Counted from the first letter of the whole stretch, positions 25,837 to 39,200 are shown. The stretch is DNA of 52,432 nucleotides, filler included, from Dimargaris cristalligena (GCA_003614675.1; 3 parts of 3 records of this genome joined end to end with filler, not necessarily neighbours in it), one strand, 5' to 3'. The notes: a model not told the origin generated them from the sequence alone. Program-made: numbers and translations.

Positions 25837-26205
25837 TTAATTGGCCTGAGTTAGCTTCCGCTCGGCCTCTAGTTGGGCCTCATTCTGGTATTGGACTAAG
25901 TCTTGGTTCGATTGATGAAACTCAGCCAAGAGTCTGGCGTTATTGGCCTGTTCGTCAATCACTTTGGAAGCAAGTGTATTTGTTTTCGTGGTCTCATCCG
26001 ATTCCGTTGAAGTTTCCTTCGCGGCTTCGTCACTCTTGAACCAGTTAAGGGGGTTGAAGGAACTCCACGAAAGGCGACGAACGAGGTTCACGGGGTGACC
26101 CACCGGTTCGGGGCCGGAGGTGGGATGGGCGACGGTCAAGTCCATGGTAGCAGCGGCCAGAACAGCGACAGTGGCCAAGGTGATAGCTGAAGTAGGGAAA
26201 CGCAT
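25837..26205 (-). CDS. Small secreted protein with a pro-region and dibasic (Kex2-type) site, 122 aa
   Basis: Signal peptide MRFPTSAITLATVAVLAAATMDLTVA|HP, then LVRR and a helical Glu/Gln/Ala-rich C-terminus. Coding-like codon usage and a TATA-like run near 26411. Confidence 0.8.
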   Translation of the reverse strand: MRFPTSAITLATVAVLAAATMDLTVAHPTSGPEPVGHPVNLVRRLSWSSFNPLNWFKSDEAAKETSTESDETTKTNTLASKVIDEQANNARLLAEFHQSNQDLVQYQNEAQLEAERKLTQAN

Positions 26206-28522
26206 GATGAATCAATAATTAGAGTAAGTATTAGGGGGGTAAAGGTAAAAGGATAAAGGGGGTGATGGGTATAGGTGAGTATCGGGGAATCGATAAAATG
26301 GCCCGGAAAGAAGAGGTTAGAGGCGGGAGAATAGTGATGGAATAGGGAAGATTGGTTCAAGATGTAAACTGATGAATATTGGCGGGAGGGAAATGAGGAG
26401 GGCTTATATGTATATATATTTGTGTGATAGGGTAAAGGGTATCTTTGACGATGGTCAAAATAAACCTGCTATAGTTGTTTCACTAGTGTGTAGAAAAGGT
26501 ACAAGGCCGGATGCAAGGTCTTGGGCCGACACACCAAGGTCCCGGTCCCAGGCCGCTGGGTCCAATAATAAAGAAGGGAAATGCACGCATTAGGTGCTCG
26601 CTAAATTCGGACTCGTTATAATAGGCAGGGGGAAAAAAGTGCAGCCGAACTCGTCCGTTGACCCTGCCAATTGGGAAAATCTTAAAGGGCGCAATAAATA
26701 TATTATTGGTGGGCTGGCCGATGGTCAACCGTGGACGGCTAAAATAAATTGACCCTATAGTGTCCGGCCAAGCCAAAAGCCTGTTGAACCATAATACCAC
26801 TATCCCACCCTCTATACCATGACTATTATACCAAATTACTTATTCTATACAACGAATTTATAAATAAGTGGATTTAAAGCACAGCTGGAATAGAAGTTCA
26901 ATTAATTTGCGTATTTGTAGCGCCGTCCAACGGTACCAAAATTACACTTAATCCGTGGGCAATCGGTATCCTGATTAACTGCCGGAAACAAGAACCGTAT
27001 CCAATGGCGACCTCGCTCCCAAACCCATAGGTCCTTCCTACGTGCTGCTGCCTTACACAGGAGTTAATTGAAGCTCTGTCCTTCTTAAAGATCCATTCGA
27101 ATGAAAGAATGGGTAACGAGTATCATTCCGTTTAGTAATACTAGTCTACCCGCCGCCGCTAGTTCGAACCAATAATCGCCTACGCCACTGGTGCCGTCTC
27201 CTCCAGCTCGGCTAACACCCCATCCGCTGCGAGTAAAAGGGGCTCCGCTTCGATGAATTTAGGCCGCGCTAAAGAAAAATAAAGTAGCGATGGCCCTCTA
27301 CCCCCGCCGCCAAGTCTAACAACTCGAGACCGGATTCCAACAGCTGTATATATCCACCCTCGGCGGCCTTAACTACCGAGAACTCAGATTGGTCGGAGGA
27401 CGGGAGCGGATATTAGATGAGGCGGAAAGTGGGAAGGCACAGCAAACGGCCTGGGACCCCGCAGTACTTCCCCCTCGCTTTGACCAACCACACCCCCCCC
27501 TTTGGGGGAAAGTGAGAAGCAGGGATTATAAAAAGACCGAACCAAAAGGGGTGGGAGTCCTTCGGAGGGAAGATGTGACCTCTATTCTATTTAGGGGGAC
27601 ACCCTCAGGCTAATTAGGAAACGTAGAAAAGGGAAAGAGCAAGAACATGGCAAGACCAAGAGAAACGAATAGAGTGAGTGGCTAACAGGGGGGGGGGATA
27701 CACTGCCGCATCCGCCACATAACAGAGACCTTCGGCTAAAATTTTTGAGCCCAGAAATTCGGTATTCTTGCATTCCCCCTCCCCCTCCCCTTCACCTAAA
27801 TTATTTTTGACCTGCAAAATATCCGTCAATTCAAAACCAAGGTACCACTTATACTTCCTTAGGCGACCCCAGATATCACTTGAAATATATCCGCCGTTTC
27901 CGGACAAATAGGCATTAGTCATTTTTAGATTGACTGAAATTACGATAAACATTTTTAAAGGGCTAGGAATATTCATAAAGAGGCAAGGAAATGAGAAATA
28001 ACGAGCGGAAAGAGAGAGGACACAGGGGTAGAAAAGCATAAGTCTCTAGTTCATTTAGAGAGGATAGTATCATTAGTTGATAAGTTCGAGTACGAAATGA
28101 AGTGTATAAGAGCATAATACCAGAATGAACATAAAACGGGCATAAGGCCTAGTGGAAGATTAAATCGGAGGTTAACAATACTAGGATAAGTTATTCATCG
28201 CATCAAAATGTACCCAAATCATATATATTTAAATAAATAATCATATTTATAAATGGAGAAGAAGAGTGTCAAAGATGAGAGTACGGAGAACAGGCGGCTA
28301 AACGAAGTCGTCGAAGTACAACCATTATTCAACTTTGCGCATTCTTGAACCGAGATTGGCGAGAGAAAAAATGAGAAATTAAAAAAACGTAAGCGAGGGA
28401 AAGAATAGGAGAACTAAAAAGCAAGCGGGGGAGTATATGGACTTGAGGAATTGAGTGAGAGGAAAGAGAAAGAAAATAGGTGACTTAAACACAGGACATA
28501 CGTATTACTCTCCGTCCAGCAT

Positions 28523-31500
28523 TTAGAACTGAGGCACACCCGATACGATGTCCTGGGGTTTCCGGTCTTCACCGAGCAAAGCCTGGCTGAGGAAGCTCCA
28601 TTCTTCGAGGTAGTGCTGCTTCTTGTGCCCGGTGGCCACGGCGGCGTTGGGATCACGGCCGGCGTAGGTGGGGGTTTTGCCCTGGTGATGGGTGGTTTGG
28701 GTCAAGGAAGTGGCGATACGGGGGGACACGTAAGCCCAGGCCCCGAAGTTCATGGGTTCCTCCTGGCACCACACGATTTCGGCGTTGGGGTACTTGTCGG
28801 CGTGGTCGCGGACCATATCGAAGGGGAAGGGACTGATTTGTTCGACGCGGGAAATGGCCACGTCGCGGAGCTGGTTCTGGTCGCGCGCGCGGAGCAGGGC
28901 GTAGTAGACCTGGCCCGAGCAAAGCACATGGCGCTTGATCTGGTCGGGGGCGGCCAGGGTTTCCGGGTGGGAGTCGGGGATGTACTTTTGGAAGTAAGTG
29001 TTGCCGGTCATTTCCTCCAGGGTGGACCGGGCCATGGGATGCCGCAGCAGCGACTTGGAGTTGAGGCAGATGAGCGGCTTGCGGAAGTCGCGGTACACCT
29101 GGCGCCGGAGTACGTGGAAGTAATTGGCCGGGGTACTGCAGTAGACGATCTGCATGCTGCAGTCCTGGATCTGGCGAGCCAGTTTCTCGGGCGTGGGGAA
29201 CTTGTGGGGGTGGTCGTTGGTCAGCTGGAGGTAGCGTTCCATACGGGCGCTGGAGTGTTCGGGACCCTGGCCGTCGAAGCCGTGGGGTAGGTTCATGATA
29301 ATACCGGACTGCTGCAACCACTTCTTCTCGCCGGCGGCGATGAACTGATCAATAATGACCTGGGCGGTGTTGGCGAAATCACCAAACTGGGCCTCCCAAA
29401 TGACCAGGGAGTTGGGGTTCACCAGGGAGTAACCCAGTTCGAAACCCAGGGCGCCGTATTCGGACAGGGAGGAGTTGGACACGGTGAAGGGCGCCTGGGT
29501 GGGTTTGAGGTTGGCCAGGGGGGTGTACTGCTCCTCGGTATTCTGGTGGTGCAGCACCGAGTGGCGCTGGGAGAACGTACCACGTTCCACATCCTGTCCA
29601 CTCAGACGGACGTGCTTACCTTCGAGCAGGAGGGAGCCAAAGGCCAGGGACTCGGCGGTGGGCCAGTCGATGTTGGCCCCTTCGTCGAGCGACTTGGCCC
29701 GGGCCTTGAGAATCTTGACCAGGACGGGATGGGCGTCGAAGCCCATGGGCACGGTGGTGGTGATCTTGCCCACGTGTTCGAGCACGTCACGGGCGGCACC
29801 GGTGGGGTAAGCGATGGTGGTCTCGACGGCCAGTTCGCTGGGGGACTTGAAGCCGTTCCAGGCACTGGAGAGCCATTCACGGGGGGTGGGCTTGTAGTCC
29901 TTACTCTTCTCGTAATTCTCTTCTAGAATATTCCAGACCCGTTCCTTGTTGGCGCTAATCTCCTTTTGGTCCAAGGTGCCTTCTTCGAGCAGCTGCTTGG
30001 TATAGATATCAATCACCGGGGGCTGCTTCTTGATGGCCCTGTACATGCGGGGCTGGGTGAAGCTGGGCTGGTCGCTTTCGTTGTGACCGTGACGGCGGTA
30101 ACAGATGATATCAATCACCACGTCCTTGTGCCACTTCTGGCGCCATTCGGCGGCGAACTGGCAGGCGTAGACCACAGCCTCGACATCGTCACCGTTCACA
30201 TGGATAATGGGGGCGTTGACGGTCTTGGCGATATCGGAACAGTAGGGGGTAGAGCGGGCGAAACGGGGATCAGTGGTGAACCCAATCTGGTTGTTGGTGA
30301 TAATGTGGATGGTACCACCGGTGGTGTAACGGGGCAGTTCGGAGAAGCCCAGCGTCTCGTAAACGACGCCCTGGGCGGCGAATGCGGCATCGCCGTGCAA
30401 CAGGACGGGCATGGAGTGGATGCGCTCCTCCTCGTCGTTGGTGTAGAACTGCTGCGCGCGGACCTTGCCGAGCACGACGGGGTCGACGGCCTCCAAGTGG
30501 GACGGGTTAGCCACAAGGGACAGATGGACCCGCTTGCCGGACGGCGTCGGCCGGTCGTAGTTCATACCCAAGTGGTACTTGACGTCCCCGGAGCCTTCGC
30601 CCAGGAGTTCCATGGTCCCGCTGAACTCACAGAAGATGGATTCGTTGGGCTTGCGCACCACGTTACTCAGCACGTTCAGACGCCCACGGTGGGCCATACC
30701 CATGGTGATGGACTGAACGCCCAACTCGACGGAGCGGTCGATCAGGGCCTTCATGCCGGGAATGAGGGACTCACACCCTTCCAGACCGAAGCGCTTCTCG
30801 CTGACCCACTTCTTGGCGATGAAACGTTCGAACGAGTCGGACCAAACCAGACGATCCAGGATCACGCGCTTCTCCTCGACACTGTACTTGTAGCGGTGGG
30901 GAATCTCGAAACGCTCCCGGATCCAGTTGCACTGGGTGCGGTCGGGAATGTGGGTGTATTCGATGCCCAATGAGCCGCAGTAGACTTTCTGCAGGCCCTG
31001 GATGATCTCGCGCAGGGTCAACTCGTGCGTTCCGTTCAGACCGAACCCGGGCAGCATACCGGGGCCCAGGCTGAATTTCCGGTCGAGATCCTGCTCGCTG
31101 AAGCCGTAGAACTTGTAGTCCAGCTCGTTGCTAGAGGCGGCGTCGGTCGTGGGTTGCACAATGCCCAGGGGATCCAGCTTGGCCAGATGGTGGCCCCGGA
31201 CCTGGTAGGCCCGCACCAATAGCTGGACCTTCAGGTGGTCCAGAACATTGTTGGAAGCCCCCGAAGACGAAGCGGTAGCGGAAGCAGCGGGCAGGCCAAT
31301 GGTCGACCCGGAGAGCAGGGTAGGCGGGGCCTGGTAGGCCTGGCTGGGCGGGAGCCCGTTGGTGACATTTTTAAAGTAGGACCGCCACGAGGCATGCACC
31401 GATTCGGGGTCCTTTTGCCAAGCGGCGTACATGTCATCCACGTAGTTGGCGGAATTGCCCTGCAAAAAGGCGTCGGCGGCAGCGGGACCAGCAGCGGCTT

Positions 31501-31621
31501 TGGTGCGTAGGGCCGAGGTGGTGAACCGGGCCTGCAGCAGCGGGCGGACCTGCTGCTTACCGGCGGGGGTATAGCGGGAGGCCAGCTGGCGGCCGACTTG
31601 ACCGAAACGTGAAGTCGACAT
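28523..31621 (-). CDS. KGD1: Mitochondrial 2-oxoglutarate dehydrogenase E1 component, 1032 aa
   Basis: Arg-rich presequence, [44 protein letters not shown] (TPP-binding), WEAQFGDF and [10 protein letters not shown]. Intronless CDS. Confidence 0.98.
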   Translation of the reverse strand: MSTSRFGQVGRQLASRYTPAGKQQVRPLLQARFTTSALRTKAAAGPAAADAFLQGNSANYVDDMYAAWQKDPESVHASWRSYFKNVTNGLPPSQAYQAPPTLLSGSTIGLPAASATASSSGASNNVLDHLKVQLLVRAYQVRGHHLAKLDPLGIVQPTTDAASSNELDYKFYGFSEQDLDRKFSLGPGMLPGFGLNGTHELTLREIIQGLQKVYCGSLGIEYTHIPDRTQCNWIRERFEIPHRYKYSVEEKRVILDRLVWSDSFERFIAKKWVSEKRFGLEGCESLIPGMKALIDRSVELGVQSITMGMAHRGRLNVLSNVVRKPNESIFCEFSGTMELLGEGSGDVKYHLGMNYDRPTPSGKRVHLSLVANPSHLEAVDPVVLGKVRAQQFYTNDEEERIHSMPVLLHGDAAFAAQGVVYETLGFSELPRYTTGGTIHIITNNQIGFTTDPRFARSTPYCSDIAKTVNAPIIHVNGDDVEAVVYACQFAAEWRQKWHKDVVIDIICYRRHGHNESDQPSFTQPRMYRAIKKQPPVIDIYTKQLLEEGTLDQKEISANKERVWNILEENYEKSKDYKPTPREWLSSAWNGFKSPSELAVETTIAYPTGAARDVLEHVGKITTTVPMGFDAHPVLVKILKARAKSLDEGANIDWPTAESLAFGSLLLEGKHVRLSGQDVERGTFSQRHSVLHHQNTEEQYTPLANLKPTQAPFTVSNSSLSEYGALGFELGYSLVNPNSLVIWEAQFGDFANTAQVIIDQFIAAGEKKWLQQSGIIMNLPHGFDGQGPEHSSARMERYLQLTNDHPHKFPTPEKLARQIQDCSMQIVYCSTPANYFHVLRRQVYRDFRKPLICLNSKSLLRHPMARSTLEEMTGNTYFQKYIPDSHPETLAAPDQIKRHVLCSGQVYYALLRARDQNQLRDVAISRVEQISPFPFDMVRDHADKYPNAEIVWCQEEPMNFGAWAYVSPRIATSLTQTTHHQGKTPTYAGRDPNAAVATGHKKQHYLEEWSFLSQALLGEDRKPQDIVSGVPQF

Positions 31622-33429
31622 GGTTATAATAAAAAGGGGGATACGATAAAAAACAGCAGCGCTTCAGGAGGCTGGGGTAGAAAGAAGGGAATAAAACTGG
31701 AGGAGGCAATCACAACCGAAACGGTTTTAGTTGGACTTGGTCAACCATTGAAACAAGGAAAGCAAAAGAAACAATAGCAACACTAAAGAGAGAGAGAGAG
31801 AGACCGAGGTCGAGTGCAGAAGTTATTGGGCAAGAAGGGCTTTGTGAGGCACCTACCTACGCACGCTATCTAATGTGGAAAAAAAGCTAACAGATAACAC
31901 TGTTTCCGGGTCTTTTGTTCAGCGGTTTCCGCCTGCCTAAGAGCAGTGTGACTAGGAGAAGGATTCCGTCGGTTGTGGCTAGAAACTAAGCCAATGGCGG
32001 CGGGTGGGTGGGACACACCCCAGCTGGCCACATCATTCGGAAGGCCTTTCCGCTTCGGCAATTAAAGCTGCCCCAACTAGCCAATTTCATTCAAAAGCGG
32101 CATTGCATCATTCCTGGCTCTAGACGCAATGCCAACAATAGAGAGAGAGCAGCCCGTAAGATTGGGGCAGCGTATCTTCCCTTCTTGGCCCCTGACTGGC
32201 AGCCGTCCCCAATCCTCGCATCAGAAGGCCGCCCCTTAGCATGCCACCAATATCCCCAATAGGCACATAGCAATATTAGACCCAGGGTGGTGGGGCTATT
32301 AATTAACGAATTTGCTTCTGAGACATCCTTTGGGGCTTGATTTGGGAAGGCATAGTAACAGTGTGACTCACACACCTGCTCTACATACACTAGGATGGAT
32401 ACCGCCGCCTCCAATTATGGCCACGTATTTATTAACATGATCTATTCACCTACTTATCTCCCAAATACTAGGCTATACTCACTATTTCAGGTTAGTTTCG
32501 CATTATCTTACGTAACAAAACGTTAAGGCCTCCCGTTATTTAATCGAAATTACGACTTTAATGAGCCCCTCCTAGTGGTGCACAGGCCAGCAACCCCCAG
32601 TCCAACTACCATTGGCTGAACTAACGAATAAAAGGGGGGGGTGGCCATAGGCGGCGGCTAGGCAAATTAAACAACCGCCAATACAAGCGAGTCACCTGCT
32701 GCATGACAGTCATAATGGGCAAATAGATAACTCGATAATATTTAATCTATTCCCCAGCTAAATCGCTTGAACCACGGTTTCCTCCAAAAGGACTGGCTAA
32801 TTTTCGCACTTTCCCTAGAACCGGCGTTCGTCCCCCCTAAAACCACGGTTAGTCGAGTCCCGACTATCTATCGCCGAATAGGCCACACCTACTCCAAAGA
32901 CCGCAGCAACAACCCCACACGCACCGTTAGTATTGTTGCCCCTTAGCACTTATACACCAATGACCCCCCCCTTCGCATTCCCTGTTTAGGGTTTATCACG
33001 GCCACTCTGCTTCATATTTCGAGCGCTCGGCAGTATCGTCACAGTAACTCGATAGATTAGAGGTCGGCTTCAATGTGGCGGGGGGGGGGGATGTCTACTG
33101 CAGGTCCCGGTTTCTGTTACACCAGTGTTTCTGATGCGAACCCTGAGGCAATGAGTAAAACCTTCCCCAAAAGTGACCACCACCAGTCTGCTGCTCTATT
33201 TGGCCATAGGGTATCTAAAACTGTTTAGAAACAATCCAGACCTATCAAATAAAACAATATAAAAGGCGAGTTGGCTATTGGCCTTTTGAATAAGAAAATG
33301 CAGGTGGATTATAAGGGTAGCTGGGGAAAGGGAGGAGAGGTAAGGAGTAGATAACCTGATCCAGCGATGATCCTTTAGGATCGGGTGGAATTTTGAGGGA
33401 TTGAGGCCCAGCACAATCCCTTTCCACCT

Positions 33430-34449
33430 CTAAAATTCACGCCGGTGGATCACTTCACGACATTCATTCAGGGTCAGAAAGAGGTTACGGCAGGGATCAG
33501 CGGGCTGCGAGGGCGGTGGAAATAGCCCCGATGCCAAGAAAGCCGGGCGGTAAAGTTCATATGCGGGCATAAACCGGTCCACGAAATCCTGGACCTGGTC
33601 ATCGCTTAATACCCGGGGCTTAGGAACCGCGGCCCCCTCCTCGGGTATTAATGACTGGGCCAGCGAATGTTCCTGCTCCAGGCGCCAAGTGTAGACCTGA
33701 TCGATATGGGTGGTGGTCAAGGCCACCAGACAATCCAGTAAGGGATACCAGGATTGTTCAATACCGGCTAGGTAACCGTTAATCGTCAACAGCTGACCTA
33801 GCGTGTATTTACCAACGTGCCGGTATTCCGAAAGAGCACTACCCCGTTGGGCCGCCTGGTGGATGTCGGTAAGCTGCTGGGTCGATAGGGGCCGAAAACC
33901 TAGCATCCAGCCCTCGAACAGAACGACGTCGACGGGTCCGTTTACCTGCATCCACTGGTCGGACGGGCATCGGTCCCCTCGACCGCCGTGCTGGGCTTTA
34001 TCATAACGGGGTACCATGACGGGCCGGTGGGTTTGGTTGATCCGGATCAGTTGGGACAGGGTACTCCGGCCGAGGTCTATGTCATGGGTACCGGGGTTGC
34101 CGCGGTATTCCAGCAGTGGATTTAAGGTTGAACCAGCCGAGCCGGTGCAGTGCGACGAAAGTCTTTCGGTTAATTCGCCCGAGGCCAGATAGCGCTGCTG
34201 TTGCTCGGTGTGGGTTAAATAAAAATCGTCGAGGGATACCGCCACCGCCTTTAGGTTAAACGAGGGGCCTTGGAGTGCTTGGCAGACGGCACGGCTAAGG
34301 GTTGTTTTTCCACTACCCTGGGGTCCGTTTAGGGCCACCACCAACGGAGAGCAGGCTGGTAGGGCTCGGTTTTCCTGCTGCTGTCGCTGCCGGTGGTACT
34401 TAAGTTGTCGGCTGATAAACCTGCATACGGACTCTCGCTTATCGGACAT
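33430..34449 (-). CDS. TDA10: P-loop kinase, TDA10/D-glycerate 3-kinase-like, 339 aa
   Basis: GPQGSGKTT Walker A, SLDDFYL, RGNPGTHD, PRYDK...GRGDR, FEGWMLGF, VYTWRLEQEH and FVDRFMPAYELY. Confidence 0.88.
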   Translation of the reverse strand: MSDKRESVCRFISRQLKYHRQRQQQENRALPACSPLVVALNGPQGSGKTTLSRAVCQALQGPSFNLKAVAVSLDDFYLTHTEQQQRYLASGELTERLSSHCTGSAGSTLNPLLEYRGNPGTHDIDLGRSTLSQLIRINQTHRPVMVPRYDKAQHGGRGDRCPSDQWMQVNGPVDVVLFEGWMLGFRPLSTQQLTDIHQAAQRGSALSEYRHVGKYTLGQLLTINGYLAGIEQSWYPLLDCLVALTTTHIDQVYTWRLEQEHSLAQSLIPEEGAAVPKPRVLSDDQVQDFVDRFMPAYELYRPAFLASGLFPPPSQPADPCRNLFLTLNECREVIHRREF

Positions 34450-34867
34450 GAGATGGAGGGAGGGATGGGCGCTGGTGTCGCTTGGTCTTGGTTTGGTAGG
34501 GAAACAGGTAGAATGTCAGGAAAATATGCAAAAAAGGCAGTGTCCTGAAGATAAAGGGGTCAGTAGGGCCGGGAATGGGCTATCAGTAAAGAAGTAAACC
34601 GGGTTTAGTTTTTGTGACCAACTCATACACGTAACGGTAGAGTGGAAGGCCAACTCGAGAGCCCTCCCTCTCCTTGGGTGGTGGTGGTTGGCAGTCGCCC
34701 AGTAGCCAAGCGACCACTTCCCCAGTCAACCACAATACCATGTGGCCTAGTAGGATCGCTCTACTTTAACCAATTAACGGTGAATCTCTAGCCCTTCTTT
34801 TGTGTGTACCCTCCACCTCCTTTCCATTCCCATCCCACTCCTCCCCCGTCGAGTTCCACGCCACACC

Positions 34868-34924
34868 ATGCTACGTCTACCGTCTCGGATCGGATCGCGG
34901 TTGCAGGTCCCCCTCCGCCCCACC
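34868..34924 (+). CDS. Possible 5' end of a gene (mitochondrial presequence-like), truncated by the gap
   Basis: cacaccATG, MLRLPSRIGSRLQVPLRPT (Arg-rich, no acidic residues), open into the N gap and preceded by a pyrimidine-rich leader. Confidence 0.4.
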
Positions 34925-35024
34925 NNNNNNNNNNNNNNNNNNNNNNNNNNNNNNNNNNNNNNNNNNNNTTAATTAATTAANNNNNNNNNNNNNNNNNNNN
35001 NNNNNNNNNNNNNNNNNNNNNNNN
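34925..35024. other. Artificial contig-join linker/gap (N44-TTAATTAATTAA-N44)
   Basis: Same structure as the linker at 17414-17513. Confidence 0.97.
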
Positions 35025-35287
35025 ATAACGGTACACATGTAATTGATATCGGACCGTTACCCCCCACCCTTAGCCTCACCCCCGACGTATCCTCAACCCC
35101 GACTCCCTTTGCACACACTATTAGTACGGAAGGGATGGTCGAGGAGCCCACTCTGGTGGCCAGCTTTATAGAACATATGTCCATGGCCTACGGGGCGGAT
35201 TGGTGCCACGGTTTCGCAGATGATCCCCGCACTGAAACGCTGGTGGCCAGCTGTTCATTCTACGATCATTCGCTATTCCTTTGGTAA
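35025..35287 (+). CDS. DPH7: 3' end of diphthine methyl ester hydrolase DPH7/RRT2 (WD40), 5'-truncated by the gap
   Basis: The frame from 35027 reads NGTHVID...FIEHMSMAYGADW...LVASCSFYDHSLFLW*, matching the characteristic Dph7 C-terminus. Confidence 0.85.
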
Positions 35288-36298
35288 GTTGCCTGAAGCT
35301 GCAAACGTTTGGGGATGTGTTGAACAGGCCCCTGTGTGCTATAAGAGGTATAGCTATGGCACCGAGTCATTCAACGACGTGATCAGATACTAACGCGTTT
35401 TATTGCCATCTACTTACAAACATCCTTCAAATGCATTGCTCAATCTATCATATATCCACTTCGTTATTCTTTCTCCTTAGGAATGCCGAATCATGAGTCT
35501 TGCATTACAACACTATAGGGAATATACAGTATGCTAAGTTGGTTCAATCCGCCTAATTCACCACTAACACATACATAACCTCATCATCGGATCACCATAA
35601 TTGGTTATGAAGCCACACCGATCTATTCGTATATCTTACAAGGCTTGGAAATAAAGCAAATACAAATGAAGGGGGAAAACGAAAGATAATGGGCAATGCA
35701 TCAAAGAAGTCATGATATTACGAATACGAAGACATGAGCTAAATCGATATAAAAAAATGAACTAAATGCAGGTAAAGTTGGACAGGTGGATAAAGAAATA
35801 GAATTGATTGAAGCAGTTTACGAAGGCGGAGAACAGTAGGCATGGAACGAGTAAACGCACTTTGACATTTTCTAGCAGATCTCTAGAGTCGATTCATTTG
35901 CCAAACTATAGTGTTGCGCTACTATTAGTATTGTTAAACGGCAATGAAAGTATACCCATGTCTAGAATAACAGTTGGGAGTGGTTCACGTAATTGAGATA
36001 TGCCAATATAAATGAAGGTCGTGTGGGTGGATATGTTGGAGTTGAGGTAAGTCAGCACTCAATTTCCTCCTGTAGGTAAAATGGCCACTCGCTGATTCAT
36101 GAACCTAAATGTGAGTTTAATTTTTTAGACTCACAATAGCCTGAAAGGGACAAAGTCCAGTATCAGTAACGATAACCTATGCGATAAATACAACCCTGTG
36201 TGGAATAATGTGCTTCACTCAGCCCTACCGTGCTGCTCGGATAAATATCTCAGTAAGAACTTAATAGCTTCTAGAAGTAGGTTAGGTGACGCTTGGAT

Positions 36299-39200
36299 TT
36301 ATGACGGCGGTGGCAGCCCTGGTTTGGGTTCAGGCCAATCGCTTGATTTCACATCTAAAGCACCCTGACCCTCACTACGAAGGCCAAGTAAAAATGCCAC
36401 AGTCGGTGCAGACGATTCAATTTGCTCGCGGCTGACCGGCGGAGCCAATGACGGTAGGGTGCGCCAATGCATCCCAGTCGGGGAATTGTTGGTCAGCTGG
36501 GGCGACCGCTTGAGTTGAGAATCCGAGTCCACCGCCAGTTCTTGGAACGGTGACCCAAAAGCCGTGCGATCGGAGAGATAAGTGTCAGCAATACCGGGGC
36601 CAACTAGAAGGGGGGAGTGAAGGGGTTGGCGATGGGGGGTGGGTGGCTGAGGGTAAGGGTTGTAACGCATATTAGGTGACGCGGAGGGGCGAGTTGGTAA
36701 GCCGGCTGCTTCACCGGAGAACGGCCTAGGACGAACAGCCGAGCCTCCTCCGGAGGTTAGCTGTATCGGAGGCGGTAGAACCAGGGGAAATCGCCGATCG
36801 TCGGCTCGACCAAGAGAGGGAAGAATAGGGGAACTGACCATTCGGTAGGCCTCTAGTTGGGTGACTGGCGTGACTCTAGGGGGTTTGTAGGTATTGGATA
36901 TCTCCGCCAGAGGTGAAGAGCGACGTCGGTCGCGAACACGGACAACCTCGAGAGCATCCCCAAGACGTGCCAGTCCTTCCGAGGGCTCGGGCCTTAATCG
37001 ACCAGGGCCCATACCTGGGATAGGTACTATGCCAGGGCTGCCTACCGTGCCTAGGAGTTGGCCGGGGATAGCCTTGGTCTTATTTTCCATGGATGCTGAG
37101 TGGATAAGATTCGTCAGCGAAGGGGTGTGCGACAATCCGGCAAGAGACCGTAAAGGATCATAGGTCCCTGCCGCCCGTGGGTCAAGCAGAGAGTCAAATT
37201 CAAAGGGTGAAATATGACAGGTTAGGTACAGGCGAGGGTACGTATCCGATCGATTACACTCGGCCCCCAGACCCCCACCCAGATGAAGCCGGACATTAAA
37301 TAAGGAATAGCCCCCACCATCTGGTTTCCGAAAATACATGCGATCCTGCGTACTAGAGGAGCGTTTTGCCATTACCATCAGGGAGGTCAGTGGCATTCGG
37401 TAGAAATCAGCGGTCTGCAGAGTGTGGGCGCTAAGCTGAGAGATCGTGGATCGAAGGCCCTCCTGCGCACGGTATGGGGTATATGGAGAGAAGTATCCCC
37501 CTTCACAGGCCACAGTGCTAGTTGCACTACCCTCTGAAATAGGTGTGGCGTAAAAGCCGGATACCGGGGGGATTGAGACGGCAGAATCACTACGTGGTGA
37601 GCCAGCTGGGGGGCGTCTCACGCCCCCCGGTGGAGCCATGGCAACAAATGCCGACTGAGGAGGTTGCATTGGATAGATAGGCGGTATATGGGCCGAATGA
37701 GGCTGGGTAGCGGGTTCACTGAGAACCAGCTGGTCGAGAAGAATCTGGCGGAGTTTGAGAAAAAGGGGAATATCATCTTGATACAGGAAGTCGGTCAGGG
37801 GTCGCTCGAGAAATTCCGGGGGCGTATGGCCCAGTATGGCGGCACAATTATCTGTTACCCGTAGGGATACGTAATCCATTGACATGATAACCACGACCTC
37901 CTTTGTAACAAAGCTTTCGGGGATGGATTCAGGTAAATCAGAGGGTAAGGCGGTAGGGTGGCCAGTAGATGGGGGAGGGAGTATCCGAGGTAGGGTCGCC
38001 GCCCGTTCATGATGGGGATGACTTTGGACATCACGGTGGCCACCAATAACACCCCGCATTGAATCCTCCACCAGATGAGAAGATAGCGGAGGTAAGGAAC
38101 GATCGGGTCCAGAATTAGGATGAGGAGAGACTGTGGCCACTGGGTAGGGTCGGTGTCCACTGGCTAAGGTTGGAGACGCGTACTTGGGCTGATTGCCTTC
38201 TAAGGGCGGTGAGGGAGCGTAGACCCCGAAGGGTGAAGCCGGCTTAGTGGTGATAGTAGCGGAAGGATTGATAGGCCGAAATCCACTAGAACTACCAGGG
38301 CCAGACGATGAGCGGGTAGAACTGTTATAGGGGAACGCAGGCGCGGAATGCAGAGAAGGTTCTGGGGCACGCGAAGCAAAACCATACAATGGGGGATCAT
38401 TCCGGAACGCAACGGGGGCAAAGGGGGCTGAACCTGGAACCGAGCAGTAGGCCTGTGAGGACCGTGGGCCGGCGGGGGCGATTTCACGAATCGCGGGTAT
38501 GGCATGTGAAGCGACTAGTGGTGAGGTCTGGGATTGGGACGAGTAAACAGGACCTGCCGTTGGAGTATGGGGCTGATAGCGGTAGTGGTGCTCCCGGTTA
38601 CCGGCAAGGCTGAATTGGTTAATGTGGTGGACCATTGGATCGTGGGTTCGCGAAGTAAGTGGGGCAATGGGGGCTACCATAATAGAGGGATTAATACAGC
38701 TGGTCCCGACCGGGCCGTCCATAACGCCCTTGCGGTCCTTCAGCTTCGGCCGACCGCGCTTCTTGTGCTGTACGTCGACACAGGTGGCGGTCTTGCCCAT
38801 GGATACGCAGCGGCGACAAGGACGTGAGACTATAACGGGACACACGGCAGTACATTACGGCCGAGTCCGGAGAGTCGAGTGACAAGGGGGAGTGGCATTG
38901 AGGTAAGGGGTTATCAGCATGGTACATGGTTGAATTGGAGCATGGTCGAGCATAATGGGATATACAAACTAAGCATTAATTAGTGATCAGCATGCAGATA
39001 TTTACACCTTCAATTTGAATAGGGTGCCGGTAACTAAGCCAACCAAAAACTAGGTGAGAAACTAATAAAAGAGTGGCTCCCAGTGATTCAAAATGTTGTT
39101 AAGAAAGGGGGGGACTGTTCGAGACAATGGGTCATCACCCAATGGGGCTAAGCACTCGAATTAAGCAAAGGGCTGGTCTATAAAAAACTATAGTGTGCTA

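Noticed and set aside
28613-31510. Long antisense and alternative-frame ORFs over KGD1 (225, 335 and 222 aa)
   Set aside because: Expected by-products of strong GC3 codon bias; no domain signal.
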